A DNA stretch of 64,000 nt. Source: Malacoraja senta (Eukaryota). Below, piece after piece: positions 1 to 12,923 of the stretch. A program made the translations under genes and the position numbers. The stretch covers positions 12,278,001 to 12,342,000 of the forward strand of contig CM075990.1 of assembly GCA_038087875.1 (NCBI GenBank). Reading direction: 5' to 3'. Position 1 is the first letter of the stretch. Every line of letters begins with the position of its first letter. Below the pieces are notes generated by a model that was given only the letters and a program-made list of their open reading frames with translations, had not been told where the DNA came from and did not search any database.

Positions 1-113
1 TTGGAAGGAATAAATGCTTTATTAGGTCCGACTGTGTTTGGAAGGAATAAATGCTTTAATAGGTCCGACTGTGTTTGGAAGGAATAAATGCTTTATTAGG
101 TCCGACTGTGTTT
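1..113. repeat. 37-bp tandem repeat, 3 copies
   Basis: TTGGAAGGAATAAATGCTTTATTAGGTCCGACTGTGT starts at 1, 38 and 75. Confidence 0.9.
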
Positions 114-514
114 AGTCCAAAAGTTCCGCTTACTGGACAGGTCCCGCTGATTATGTAATTTCCGGTGAGTGCAGAGGTCGCGCTGATTGCGTAATTTCCG
201 ATAAGTGCAGAAGTCACGCTGATTGCGGAAGTGCCGCTGACTGCGGAAGCCCCACAGTGGAGAGGTCGCGCTCAGCCATGTGAGTAGATTCACGAAGGGT
301 TACTGTCATATATATGGTGTGCGAGTCAGTGTGTGTGTATGTGAGTGAGTGTGTGTGTTTGTGTGTGAGTGTATGTGTTTGTGCGAGGTGGAGGATGTGT
401 GTGAGTGAGTGTGTGTGTGAGTGTACATTGGAATTGGTGGAGAGGTGGAATATTGCATTGGGGGACCAGCCCTCCCGTGTGAAGCTGGGACCCAACGGGT
501 CCCACTTAGTCTAG
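1..514 (+). mobile_element. 3' end of a non-autonomous Helitron-like element (5' part outside window)
   Basis: GC-rich hairpin TGGGACCC-AAC-GGGTCCCA (486-504), then CTAG (511-514) followed by T. Internal 37-bp and 36-bp tandem repeats and a (GT/GA)n tract. Confidence 0.7.
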
Positions 515-616
515 TCCTAATTATAAAGACAGGCTTAGTTTAGTTTAGAGATACAGCACGGAAACAGGCCCTTCGGCCCACCATGTCCGCGCCGACCAAC
601 GATCCCCACACATTGT

Positions 617-1560
617 TGTGTTAAAGAAGGAACTGCAGATGCTGGAAAATCGAAGGTACACAAAAATGCTGGAGAAACTCAGCGGGTGCAGCAGCATCTA
701 TGGAGCGAAGGAAATAGGCAACATTTCGGGCCGAAACCCTTCTTCAGACTGATAGGGGGTGGGGAGAAGAAAGGAAAAAAGGCGGAGGAGGAGCCCGAGG
801 GCTGGGGGAGGGGATGAGACAACCAGACGGCTGATGAAGGGGAGGGGACAGCAAGGGCTAGCAGAATTGGGAGAATTCAATGTTCATGCCCCCAGGATGT
901 AGACTGCCCAAGCGGAATATGAGGAGCATTTCCTCCAATTTCCGGTGTTGCTCGCTGTGGCCATGGAGGAGACCCAGGACAGAGAGGTCAGATACGGAAT
1001 GGGAGGGGGAGTTGAAGTGCTGAGCCACCGGGATGTCAGGTTGGTTATTGCGGACCGACCGGAGGTGTTCGGCGAAACGATCGTCAAGCCTCCGCTTGGT
1101 CTCACCGATGTAGATCAGCTGACATCTAGAGCAGCGGATGCAATAGATGAGGTTGGAGGAGATGCAGGTGAACCTCTGTCGCACCTGGAACGACTGCTTG
1201 GGTCCTTGAATGGAGTGGAGGGGGGAAGTGAAGGGACAAGTGTTGCATCTCTTGCGGTTGCAAGGGAAAGTACCAGGGGAGGGGGTTGTATGGGAGGGAA
1301 GGGAAGAATTGACAAGGGAGTTACGGAGGGAGCGGTCTTTGCGGAAGGCAGACATGGGGGGAGATGGGAAGATGTGGTGGGGTCACGTTGGAGGTGGTGA
1401 AACTGACGGAGGATCACTTGTTGTATGTGACTGCTGGTGGGGTGAAAGGTGAGGACTAGGGGGACTCTGCCCTTGTTGTGAGTGGTGGGATGGGGAGAGA
1501 GAGCAGTGTTGCGGGGTATGGCAGAGACCCTGGTGCGAGCCTCATCTATGGTGGAGGAGG
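617..1560 (-). mobile_element. Penelope-like retroelement, 5'-truncated: GIY-YIG endonuclease end plus terminal repeat
   Basis: ORF 858-1355 (-) has CNRKRCNTC...NLIYCIRCSRCQLIYIGETKRRL..RFAEH..VAQHFN..G.N, typical of PLE GIY-YIG. Terminal repeat 621-752 contains the hammerhead-like motif. Confidence 0.9.
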
Positions 1561-1772
1561 GGCATTACCACCATCCGACACACACTAGGGGCAGTTTACA
1601 ATCATACCAAGCCAATTAACCTACAAACCTGCACGTCTTTGGAGTTTGGGGGGGAAACCGAAGATCTCGGAGAAAACCCCATGCAGGTCGCGGTTGAGAA
1701 CGTACAAACTCCGTACAGACAGCACCTGTAGTCGGGATTGAACCCAGGTCTCCAGCTCTGCAAGCGCTGTAA

Positions 1773-2090
1773 AGTGCCTGTCCCACTGTACGAGGTAATT
1801 CAAGAGCTCTCCCGAGTTTAAAAAAAAATCAAACTCGTGGCAAGCACGTAGAATGTACGTAGCGGGTACGTCGGAGCTCGGGGACGTCTCCTAGCGGCTC
1901 GTAACGCTAACGGCAGGTACTCGGGAAACACGGTAAGCTCGTGAAGACTCATGAAGATTTTTCAACATGTTGAAAAATGTCCACGAGAGCCCCGAGTACC
2001 TACGAGCGGTTATTACCGTAATTCTCCGAGTTCGAATCAGGGGAAACTCGGGAGAACTCTTGAATTAGCTCGTACAGTGGGACAGCCCCT
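1773..2090. mobile_element. PIF/Harbinger-type MITE
   Basis: TIRs AGTGCCTGTCCCACTGTACGAG... / ...CTCGTACAGTGGGACAGCCCCT; TAA duplicated at 1770-1772 and 2091-2093 inside a SINE whose empty site reads CTGTAAGGCAGC. Confidence 0.85.
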
Positions 2091-2985
2091 TAAGGCAGCA
2101 ACTCTACCGCTGCGCCATCGTGCCACCCCTTGATGTTGATGCATTGACGTTAGCCAGAAAACAATGCTAGTGCTCCACGAGCAATGATGCTACTCCACAC
2201 TGGTCGGGAGATGGCTCAAAGACTTCACACTGTCTCAAATGATTACCTGATCGCTGCTGATTGGCATTTTACCCATTTAACTGCAATCACCACAGTCACC
2301 GACATATTCATCTCGTCTCCTTTAAACGTGAGTCCCATCTGTGAAGGGAAAGGGACTGCTAATTTGAATATTGACAGCCACATTGTATTAAAGCCAAAGT
2401 CGTAGCCATCTGCTGCAGTAACGTAAAGGTTGATGAGAGTGCTGACGATTCTAACCAGTGTTAAACTGCAGGGTTTTGCCTCAAACGAAACTCAGCAGAG
2501 GAATAAAAATAAAACACTGCCCTGGTTCAGAAATACAAAATAATTTAAAAAAATAGAGATTGAAGCCATTTATGATTTTCGGGTAAGCCATTTACTAATT
2601 AATGATTTATGATGACGTGGCTCGGACTAGGCTTGGTGGGTTCAGGAGATTGACAGCTGAAGTCGCTAAACACTTTGCATTTTAATTGGCTATTTATTGA
2701 CGTCTGATGGCCAGACCTTGAGGGACAGTTGTATTATTACATCTGTGCAGTAAAGTCTTTGACAACTGGTGGAGGATTGATTTATCAGCTCTGATGTGAA
2801 TTCTGAGTAACTAGATAGAGGGGGGGGGGGGGGGGGTTTCCCCTGAAAGGAAAGACGTGCCAGAAAACTGGTCAAACTTGCCAAATTGAATCTAAAATTC
2901 ACATGATGGATGGCAAATCTTCCTCCACAGATGATTCCCAGAGAATCTGCTTTGCTAAGTTCTATGAGAAAGTGAGTTGTATTTA

Positions 2986-3376
2986 AGGGCCTGTCCCACT
3001 TTCACGAGGTAATTCACAAATTCTCCCGAGTTTTCCCCTTGATTCAAACTCGCAGAATGTTCGTAACGAGTCCGTAGGAGTCCGTAGATATATCGTAGCG
3101 GCTCGTTACGCCAGCCGTAGGTACTTGTGGCATCAGGGAAGTCGGGACGTTTTTTCCAGTAAAAAAATGGTCGGGATGAAAGAAATTGCAACTTTTTACT
3201 CGTAAGGAGGGCATCGAAATAGTCGTGGGAATTCGTAGACATACTCGTTGGAGTTCGTGAACATAGTCGTGGAAGGTCGTAGGAGTTCCTAGATTGCCAC
3301 GATCTTGATTTTTTTTTATAGGTCCTTTAAACTCGGCAGAGGTTTTGAATTAAGTCGTGAAAGTGGGGCAGGCCCT
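2986..3376. mobile_element. PIF/Harbinger-type MITE
   Basis: TIRs AGGGCCTGTCCCACTTTCACGA / TCGTGAAAGTGGGGCAGGCCCT; TTA on both sides. Confidence 0.85.
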
Positions 3377-3595
3377 TTAAGTTGGTTTCCATGTCCCTTT
3401 CAGAATGTCACAGAGCTTCAATGCCAATGAATGTCTGGCAATGTCGCCACTCTTGTCCTATAAGAAACCTGACAGCTAATTTGGACAGAGCATGTTTACA
3501 TAATCAGTATTTTTTTTCTTCCTGAGGTTGGTTGGAATCTGCAGCCCACTGCCTGAGTGGGTGGTGGTGTCATGTACTCTAGCAACCTTCAAGAA

Positions 3596-4075
3596 GTAAA
3601 GACGTACTGGTATGTAGGTTAATTGGCTTGGTGTATGTGTAAATTGTCCCCAGTGTGTGGCGGCTAGTGTTAATGTGTGTGGATCGCTGGTCGATGTAGG
3701 CTCGGTGGGGCCGAAGGGCCTGTTTCCCCGCTGTATCTCTAAACTGAACTAAAAGTAGCAACCTTTAAGGGCGGCCCAGTGGTGCAATGGTCGAGTTGCT
3801 GCCTCACAGCGCCAGAGACCCGGGTTCGATCCCGACTAAGGGTGCTGTCTGTACGGAGTTTGTACGTACTCCATGTAACAGCGTGGGTTTTCTCCCGATG
3901 CCCCAGTTTCCTCCCGCACTCCAAAGGTCGACAGGTTTGTAGGTTGATTTTCTTTGGTAAAGGTTGTAAATTGTCCCTAGTGTATAGGATAGTGCGGTGG
4001 TATGGAGATCATTGGTCAGCGTGGCTCGGTAGGCCGAAGGGCCTGTTTCCTGCTGTATCTCTAAACTAAACTAAA
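3596..4075 (+). mobile_element. V-SINE (HE1-like): 3' half copy followed by a full copy (3768-4075)
   Basis: tRNA-like head with A box and B box (GGTTCGATCC), central TTTCCTCCCGCACTCCAAAG domain, CR1-like tail GGCCGAAGGGCCTGTTTCC ending in (TAAAC)n. Confidence 0.88.
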
Positions 4076-4122
4076 AAATAAGTATTTAGACATGGAAAGA
4101 AAATCATGAGGGGTGTATGAAA

Positions 4123-4299
4123 TCTTTCTCTCTCTCTCTCTCTCTCTATCTATATCTCTCTTTCTCTCTCTCTCTTTCTCTCTCTCTCTCTTTCTCTTTC
4201 TCTTTCTCTCTCTCTCTTTCTCTTTCTCTCGCTCTCTTTCTTTCTATCTCTTTCTCTCTCTTTCTCTCTCTCTTTCTCTTTCTCTTTTTTTCTCTTTCT

Positions 4300-4360
<61 letters not shown>

Positions 4361-4412
4361 CTTTCTCTCTCTTTCTCTCTTTCTCTTTTTCTCTCTTTCT
4401 CTCTTTCTCTCT
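4123..4412. repeat. (CT)n/(CTTT)n polypyrimidine microsatellite, about 290 bp
   Basis: Directly visible. Confidence 0.97.
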
Positions 4413-6564
4413 TCATTTTGTTTCCCTGCATCAAGCATGCAACCAAAACCCATTGGAACAGTTGGGACGCCAGACGCTGTTGGCCAATTGATGCGGTACC
4501 TTGTAAATTTTAGATTCTAATAATATTGAGTTGATGATATTAGTGCGACAACAGTTAAATTAATGTGTCATTACCCCCAGCTTCATTGTTTCTCTTGGAA
4601 GTGTAACATTAATCTATTATTTTGTGTTGCATGTGAAAACAAACAGTTATCCACTACGGTTTATAACGTCAGGCACAGGGATTGTCTTGTCACCTCCATT
4701 CTGCTTCATTGCCACACGCCGGCCCATTTTCTCACTGTTACCAGAGCCCTCTGCTCTTCCTGCAAAGCCAGCTTGGGTTTCTCCGCATGGTCACCTCCTT
4801 TCATTTTCCGCAGCAGCTTTAATTAATTTAGTTAATTTTGTGCATTTGTTGGTGAGGAGACATACACATCTTGTAATGGCGCCAATCTCCAGTCTGTTAT
4901 GTTCACAGTTGCCGACAATATTTTAAGATTCACCGCTGTCGTGTTCATGTTCCTCATCAACACAGGTAAGCGTTCTTCATTCCAGGCATTTATTAGTTGG
5001 ACCTCCTGAGCTTGTATTTTCCTGCAGGGCTCACTGCTTGTGGGGCTTTGCACATTGCCTTGTCGCAGGTGGATACGGTGTCACAATGACATCAGATTAA
5101 CACCTTACTGTTGTGCAGGTATGTAGGGTGATAAAGATCCTACACTGAGAGAGCTATCCTTAAGAGGCTGTCTTGAAAATTATATTCATTAATAAATGAG
5201 ATCCAAGTGCAGCTGGCAACACTGGCATTTAACGCCTCTCCCTGATGTCCCTTGACCTGCAGCTTTCAAGTGTTGCTGTTGGATCCAGTGAAGGTACTTC
5301 CACAGTTGTCGTTAGGTAAGGTGTTCCCAGATTTGCAGCCAGTGAGGATAAGTGACGGTGAAATATTTTCACAAAAAATAAGACTTCAAAGTGCTGGAGT
5401 AACTGAGCGGGTCAGGCAGCATCTCTATATTATATCTATATATATCAAAGAACATCAGAGGAAGATGACTGAACTTTGGTGCCTTCCCTCACAGTGGGAA
5501 ACTTTGATTCTGCTGTGTGGGGATGTTTATGTTGTGGTCTACCTATATATATATATATGTATATAGTAACATGGATAGGTGATGTTTCAGGAATGGACCC
5601 TTCATCAATTTGGTCGCAGTCCAAAACACCGTCTATCCATGTTGTCCAGAGATGCTGCCTGACCTGCTGAGTTACTCCAGCACTTTGTGTCTTTTTTGGT
5701 AAACCAGCATTTGCAGTTCTTTGATTCCACTGTTTCAAGGAAAATTTGGTTTTCAGCAAGCCTCGGCTCACGTTCTATTCCCTGCAGTTTAAGCTGACTA
5801 GGCCATTTGATTTGCAAGATATTAAGGTGTGTAGATGTGGGTAACCTATTTTTGGATTTGAAATCACAGTCTGCGAATTAGAGAGAGTCTTTTCAAGAGT
5901 GAAATTAAGAAATGCCTTTCCCACCCTTTGTGCTTAGAGATATGAAAATCTCCCACAGAAACCAATTGATGCTGGAGCAAATGTTATCTTAAAATGTACA
6001 GTTAATAGTTTTGTATCCACGGGACATGGGACAACATCATAGATTAGCCACGATCTAACAGGAAAGGCTCAAGGGTCTGAATGCACTGTCCCCTGTTCCC
6101 TGGTGCCCGCCCATTCCCTAAATTAGCTGTTGTGTTTTCTTTGTTTAATATTATTCCTTCCTTGCGCTCGATACTTATCCTATTCCCAGCACTCATTACA
6201 GATCCGGGATTATACCACGACACAACCAATTGACCCTGTATCCCAGGAGTGTTTATGTTTTAAAGATTAGAAAAGCCAGAGGTTAGTCACTGATAGGAAT
6301 TCTCGATCCCACAGGTTTGTGATGAAGTTCATTCAAAATGTGGATCTATAGATTTGTGAATGACAAGGGAATAGAGAGACAGGGGGATAGTGCAGGTAAT
6401 TGACATTGCGATGGAAGATAAGCTACGATAATTACTGGCCGGGCCAGCCGGAGTGGCCTAATATTATTTTCTAACTATTAGTGTTCCCTGATCTGTGGCC
6501 GATTTACATAGAATGTACATAATATGCTTTCTTTTTCCCCAGTTGTGATAAAGGGTCTTCTTTG

Positions 6565-7020
6565 ACCTGGAACATTATCATAAAACATCACAGCACAGGA
6601 ACGGGCCCTTTGGCCCACAATGTCATAAGTGGATAGGAGCAGGATTAGGCCATTCGGCCCATCAAGTCCACTCCACCATTCAATCATGGCTGATCTATCT
6701 CTCCCTCCTCACCCCATTCTCCTGCCTCCTCCCCATAACCCCTGACACTATGCCATGCCGGACAGGTTAAACAAATCTCATCTGCCTACACCTGACCCAC
6801 ATTCCTCCATTCCCTGCATATCCAAGTGCCTACCTAAAAGCCTCTTGAATGCCACTATCGTATCTGCCTCCTCTCACCACCCTTGGCAGCACCTTCCAGG
6901 CACTCACCAACCTCTATGTTAAAAGAAAACTTGCCCCACTAATTTCTTTTAAATGTTGCCCTTCTCACCTTAAAGCTATGCCCTCTAGTCATTTACATTT
7001 CCACACTGGGGAAAAGGATT
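6565..7020 (-). mobile_element. CR1 LINE 3' fragments (nested)
   Basis: Reverse complements of the CR1 tail (AATGGCCTAATCCTGCTCC, GGGCCAAAGGGCCCGTTTCC) and C-terminal coding remnants. Confidence 0.7.
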
Positions 7021-7218
7021 TTACCATGTTTTTTTGAAAATTCTTATTTTAGAGTTATCGAGTCTTGGAGTCGTACAGCGTGGAAACAGGCCCTTCGGCC
7101 CATCTTGCCCACGCTGACCAACACGCCCCGTCGACACTAGTCCCACCTGCCTGTGTTTTGGGGGGAACATTCTGCTGCCGTGATTTTCAGGTGGTAGAGA
7201 GGGGTCACAGGACCTGCC

Positions 7219-7255
<37 letters not shown>

Positions 7256-7685
7256 CGATAAAGCCCTGAAACGTCTCACAAAGTTAGTGGTAGTTGTCAG
7301 GGATGCAGAAACACCAATGTTGACCTGCTGTCTTCTGGCTGGTTTACGACCAGCTGTATATACTTGTGGGCAGAGGCAGTGGGACTATAAACACACATTT
7401 AGACACTGTCTCCTGATCCACAATGTGTTTAATTTGTTGAATAGATGTAGAAGATAATGATCTTCTTAGATGTTGATTTAAGCCACTTAATTGAACATAA
7501 TAGAGATAATGAAAATCACCTGAATAAAATTGCTACTTCAGTCAGTGACGTGACAAAGCATCTTGAAAACCCTGCCTGTGATTCACTGCCGGCCTCTTTT
7601 GCTGCACAAATGGTACTGTAGAATAATATTTAAGCATGTTGGAACATCTCCATTCATGGAAGGATGATTGGACTGTTCAGTGTAA

Positions 7686-7745
7686 CAGATTTGTGATTAC
7701 AGATTTGTGATTACAGATTTGTGATTACAGATTTGTGATTACAGG
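7686..7745. repeat. 14-bp tandem repeat (CAGATTTGTGATTA) x4, abutting a SINE 3' half (about 7742-7888)
   Basis: Directly visible. Confidence 0.9.
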
Positions 7746-8639
7746 TTTGTAGTTTAATTGGCTTCAGTAAGTTGTATCATTGTCCCCAGAGTGTAGGATA
7801 GTGCTAGTGCATGGGATGATCGCTGGTCGGCGCGGGCTTGGTGGGCCGAAGGGGCAGTTTCCACACTGTATCTCTAATGTCTAAAGTCTCAGCAGCACCT
7901 TCTCTAGGTAATTAGGGCTTGGCAATAAAAATAACCAACATTGCCAATGACACCCAGACATTGAAAACACAGCAACAACAAAAATAACTGGGTCATCTCC
8001 TGTTTGCAATTGATGGCAATTTAAAGCATGGGTCGAACCAAATGCTCAATCAAATGATGCGGAACCTCCATTGACTCAGGTTTCTGGAGTTATTCCAATT
8101 AATTATTGAGGATAGCTTTGTATGGCTTTCAGCTTGGACAGGGCCCACAAAGATGGCAGGGAAAACCGTCATTGCAATGGCCTTGTGTATTTCTTGCCCC
8201 TGGATAGTAACGCCTCCTTTCTCTATCCATGTCCGTTTCCTCCCAAAGACGCATGTGATTCTTCTGAGAAGAAATGCAGAGACGTAAAAGCCCAAAGTTC
8301 AGCTATTGCTCACTGCAATCCAAGATTGCATGGACATTAATATGTGTTCTTTCAAATTTTGCACATCATCATTTTTCTATTGAATAACTTCCTTATCTGG
8401 TTTGACACTGAGTTTTAGTATGTAAAAAGCACGTGTGAGGTGACGGGAAAGTTTGTTGCTTGAATGGCAGAATGTGAATTCAGGTAGTGATGGGACATGG
8501 GTTCCTTTGAAGTGTCGGCTGCTGTCTTTGCTCCAGCCTGCCTGATTCCTGCATTGTATTTCCAGTTGCCACGTTGGAGGTGATTACCAGAATAAGCACT
8601 AGTGCAGTTTATTGGCCTGCCCAACGTGACATACATCAC

Positions 8640-9196
8640 CAAATAGACACAAAAAGCTGGAGTAACTCAGCGGGTCAGACAGCATCTCAGAAGAAGTCTG
8701 AAGAAGGGTCTCGACCTGTAATGTCACTTATTCCTTTTCTCCAGAGATACGATATGACACGATACAACTTTTAAATTGGTCCGCCAACAATCACAACACA
8801 CAAGGCACACAAAAACTTGAAATTAAAAGCAAAAACAAAAAGAAAAAGACAAGCGACTGTTGGCCGTCTGCCGTGCGCGCAGCATCGACACCGTAACAAA
8901 CGAACGAACACAGACTTATCCCCTGGGCAGAGGATTCTAAAACTAGAGCCCTCCCTCCCCCCCCCCCCCCCCACACCGGGTCCCCCATTGTTCTCCCACT
9001 GCCCCTCACGGCGGTCACCCCCTTGCCGGGTCCCCATTGTTCATCACGCCGGTTCCCCACGCCGGATCCTCTATTGGCTTGCCCGCCCTCCCATCTCACG
9101 TTCCACTGCCATCGATGCAGTCTGACCCGCTGAATTACTCCAGCTTTTTGTGTCCACCTTCGATTTAAACCAGCATCTGCAGTTCCTTCCTACACA
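8640..9196. mobile_element. Palindromic Penelope-terminus insert interrupted by an unclassified retroposon (about 8750-9110)
   Basis: Arms at 8640-8748 and 9112-9196 match the terminal-repeat family. The internal insert has a (GATAC)-like tail at its left end. Confidence 0.65.
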
Positions 9197-9619
9197 TGAC
9201 ATGTGTCACAACTGTTTTCAGCGTTAGGATCAGAAAGATGGATCTGAACCTTCATTGAAGCTTACTATCTCCTCACAATCGAACTACGTCCCAACAGCTG
9301 AGCACCAAATCAATGAGAGCCTGGTCTCGTCACAGGTCATAGGTTGCCTTAATAGCATTCCACATTGCTTTTGCATTAAGCAGCAAGCTGAGAGCTACGC
9401 ATTTATATCACCAGCTGTTGGGTAATGAGTTAACTGTGTTTGGATGATGGAGTACATGTTGAACACTTGGAAAAATGATAGACAGCTACAGTGCTATTAT
9501 CAATAGTGTTTATTATCAGCGCTTGCTGTCTTTGTTACGCAAACTAAGTTGCGGAACGCTAGACATGCTGTTAATGATCCTTTTCAATGTAAAATGTTAT
9601 ACAGGAAGTAAATTCAGAA

Positions 9620-11245
9620 TTATGGATGCATTGGTGATCACTTTCCAATCATTTTCCAATGTTCTATAGATTCTGGATCAGTTCCTGTGGATTGGAGGAT
9701 AGCTAATGTTATCCCACTTTTTAAGAAAGGAGGGAGAGAGAAAACTGGGAATTATAGACCAGTTAGCCTGACATCACTGGTGGGGAAGATGCTGGAGTCA
9801 ATTATTAAAGATGGAACAGCGACACATTTGGATAGCAGTAGCAGGATCGGTCCAAGTCAGCATGGATTTACGAAGGGGAAATCTTGCTTGACTAATCTTC
9901 TGGAATTTTTTGAGGATGTAAGAAGTAAAATGGATAAAGGAGAGCAAGTGGATGTAGTGTACCTGGACTTTCAGAAAGCCTTTGATAAGGTTCCACATAG
10001 AAGATTAGTGGGCAAGATTAGAGCACATGGTATTGGGGGTAGGGTATTGACATAGATTGAAAATTGGTTGGCAGACAGGAAACAAAGAGTAGGAATTACC
10101 GGGTACCTTTCCGAATGGCAGGCAGTGACAAGTGGGGTGCTGGGACTGCAGCTATTTTCAATATATATTAATGATTTAGATGAAGGAATTAAAAGTAACA
10201 TTAGCAAATTTGCAGATGACACAAAGCTCGGTGGCAGTGTGAACTGTGAAGAGGAGGCTATGAGGATGCAGGGTGACTTGGATAGGTTGGGTAAGTAGGC
10301 AGATGCATAGCAGATGCAGTATAATGTGGATAAATGTGAGGTTGTCCACTTTGGTGGTAAGAACAAGAAGGCAGATTATTATCTGAATGGTGTCAGATTA
10401 GGAAAAGAGGAGGTGCAACGAGACCTGGGTGTCCTTGTACATCTGTCACTGAAAGTAAGCATGCAGGTACAGCAGGCAGTGAAGAAAGCTAAAGGCATGT
10501 TGGCCTTCATAACGCGAGGATTTGAGTTTTGGAGCAAAGAGGTCCTTCTGCAGTTGTACAGGGCCCTGGTGAGACCACACCTGGAGTATTGTGTGCAGTT
10601 TTGGTCTCCTAATTTGAGGAAGGACATTCTTGCTATTGAGGGAGTGCAGCTTAGGTTCACGAGGTTAAATCCCAGGATGGCGGGACTGTCATATGTTGAA
10701 AGAATGAAGCGACTGGGCCTGAATTCACTGGAATTTCGAAGGATGAGAGGGGATCTTATAGAAACATATAAAATTATTAAGGGATTGGATAAGCTCGATG
10801 CAGGAAACATGTTTCCGATGTTGGGGGAGTTCAGACCCAGGGGCCACAGTTTGAGAATAAGGGGTCGGCCATTTAGAACTGAGATGAGGAAAAATGTTTT
10901 CACCCAGAGAATTGTGAAATTGTGGAATTCTCTGCCTCAGAAAGTAGTGGAGGCCGATTCACTGGATGCATTCAAAAGAGAGTTAGATAGAGCTCTTAGG
11001 GCTAGCGGAATAAAGGGATATGGGGAGAAGGCAGGAACGGGGTACTGATTGTGTATGATGTTATATGAAATAGGAGCAAGAGAATGTCTTATGGCTGGAT
11101 TTTAAATCTGGTCCACCATAAAGAAGGCAGGAATGGGGTACTGATTGTGGACGATCGGCCATGATCACATTGAATGGCGGTGCTGGCTCGAAGGGCCAAA
11201 TGGCCTACTCCTGCACCTATTGTCTAGACTCTATTGTCTATAATT
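9620..11245 (+). mobile_element. CR1 LINE, 5'-truncated and disrupted ORF2 (reverse transcriptase) plus 3' tail
   Basis: DWRIANVIPLFKKG, NYRPVSLTS, YLDFQKAFDKVPH, KFADDTKL, LVRPHLEYCVQFWSP; several stops; tail ending in TATTGTC repeats. Confidence 0.95.
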
Positions 11246-11544
11246 TATAGTACGTCTAATATCCTCCTCTGGACACTTTTGTAATATATACATACTGGTA
11301 CCTCCTGTTTTACACATGTTTGATTGAGCATTTTTTAAATAACGCGCTGAAATTTCCTTTAATGCCGGAGCTTGATTTGTGTGCTTGCATTTTTGGAATA
11401 ACGCGCTGAAATTTACTGCTTACAGCATAGTTCTGTATATGTTTAATTTAGGCATCGTTTGAATTAAGGGTTGCTTTTCAAGTGCGTAAATCCCGCATAA
11501 AATGTGAGGTGCCTGTGTATGTATAATATATGATTTCCACAAAA

Positions 11545-12185
11545 GTGTCAGTGAAAAGATTAGCAAGTTTGAAGGTGACACAAAAACCGGTGGATTTGGA
11601 GACAGAGGCTGTCAAAGCATATGGAAGGATATAGATAAATTAGAAATTCGAGCAAAGACATGGCAGACAGAGTTAATCTGTGCAAGTGCAAGGTCTTTGG
11701 AAGGTCAGTTGTAAGAGGAAAGTATACAGTAAAAGGCGGATTTTCAGACTGGAGGCCTGTGACTAGTGGTGTACCTCGAATCTGTGCTGAGCCCATTGTG
11801 GTTTATATCAATGATTTAGATGAGAATGTGCAAGGCATGCACATGTCACTAAATTTGATGCAATCTTAGACAGAGTGGGTGGTTATCAAAAACTACAGCA
11901 GGATCTTGATCTGCTGGGTAAGTGGGCTGAAGATTGACCAATGGAGTTCAATGCAGGTAAGTGTGAGGTATTGCATTTTGGACGTCAAACCAGAGCAGAC
12001 CAGAGGAAGTAGTTGAGGCAGGTACAATAACAACATTTAAAGGACACTTGGGCAGGTACATGCATTGGAAAGGTTTGGAGGGATATGGACCAAATGCATC
12101 AAATTGGACCAGCTTAGGTCGGGCATCCTGATCAGCATTGAGTTCAGTCATAAGGCCTGTTTCTGTGCTGCACGACTCTCTGACA
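11545..12185 (+). mobile_element. Degenerate CR1 fragments
   Basis: SDWRPVTSGVP and YINDLDEN remnants plus CR1 tail. Confidence 0.75.
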
Positions 12186-12189
12186 TTGT

Positions 12190-12560
12190 ATTCTGCCCAC
12201 CTGGTCTGTGATTCTTTCAGCGACGTGCGGACACTGGAGAGGTTTGTGTGGGACGTCAGCTGTGTGTCTGGAATCCTGTTTTGCCACTTGACGTGAAGTA
12301 TTCGGCACAGACAGGCCGTTAAGCTGTCTGGTGTACACTGTCCATGCCTTGCAAGCGTGGAGTGGAGTGGGGTTGGCATGACAACAGATCGATACACCTT
12401 CAGCTTGCTCTTTTGACTGATCCCACTTGATTCCCACAGTTGACATCTCATTTTTTCCAAACGCAGAGCTGTCCAGTTGCTGAATTTATCATCAGTGTTG
12501 ACTATACTATACACAAGAGGCCTTGCCCTGCCCAATATCTTTTCAAGGCTCCAGTGAAAG
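12190..12560 (-). mobile_element. Degenerate RTE-clade LINE fragment
   Basis: KLKVYRSVV.P.L...CLCRILHVKWQNRIPDT in ORF 11948-12580 resembles the RTE/BovB post-RT region. Confidence 0.7.
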
Positions 12561-12923
12561 TAAAGTTCAATAATGTTCAATGCAGTTCCCGGGAAGACAA
12601 GCCAGAGTGACTAGGCAACACCAATTTTAGTAATGTCCAATGCAGACCAAGACGTTCAATGAAGTGGTGATTACACAGTAGCTTTGAGTGATGCAGTGGT
12701 TGAGGAGCAATACTGATTACCTACTTCAAAGGAACTATGTACAGCGTTGGCAGGAGCCAAAGGTCGCAAGCATATGCTCAGCCGAATGTGGATAGAAAAT
12801 GTCAACACAATCTGACAATCAAGTATAACCCCATTAAATGTATACATAACCACCTTCTGGTGTGAATTTGTTACTGAAGATCTTTCAAGCTACCTTGGAC
12901 AAGTTACACAAAATGTGTAACGT

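Larger units (their letters stand above)
533..2129 (-). mobile_element. tRNA-derived V-SINE (HE1-like) split by two nested insertions (pieces about 533-614, 1563-1772, 2091-2129)
   Basis: Pieces join into the same SINE seen intact at 3768-4075. Interrupted by the Penelope fragment and the MITE. Confidence 0.85.

Noticed and set aside
1..260. 37-bp and 36-bp repeats resembling a CRISPR array
   Set aside because: Units are directly tandem with no unique spacers, there are no cas genes, and the context is vertebrate.
945..1400. + strand ORFs over the Penelope fragments (also 42546-43223)
   Set aside because: Antisense shadows of the GIY-YIG coding frame.
3768..3840. tRNA-like sequence with A and B boxes (and similar heads elsewhere)
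   Set aside because: These are SINE heads continuous with the SINE body and CR1-like tail, not tRNA genes.
4113..4520. ORFs of 69-135 aa rich in LS/SF or ER/RK
   Set aside because: Translation artefacts of the (CT)n microsatellite.
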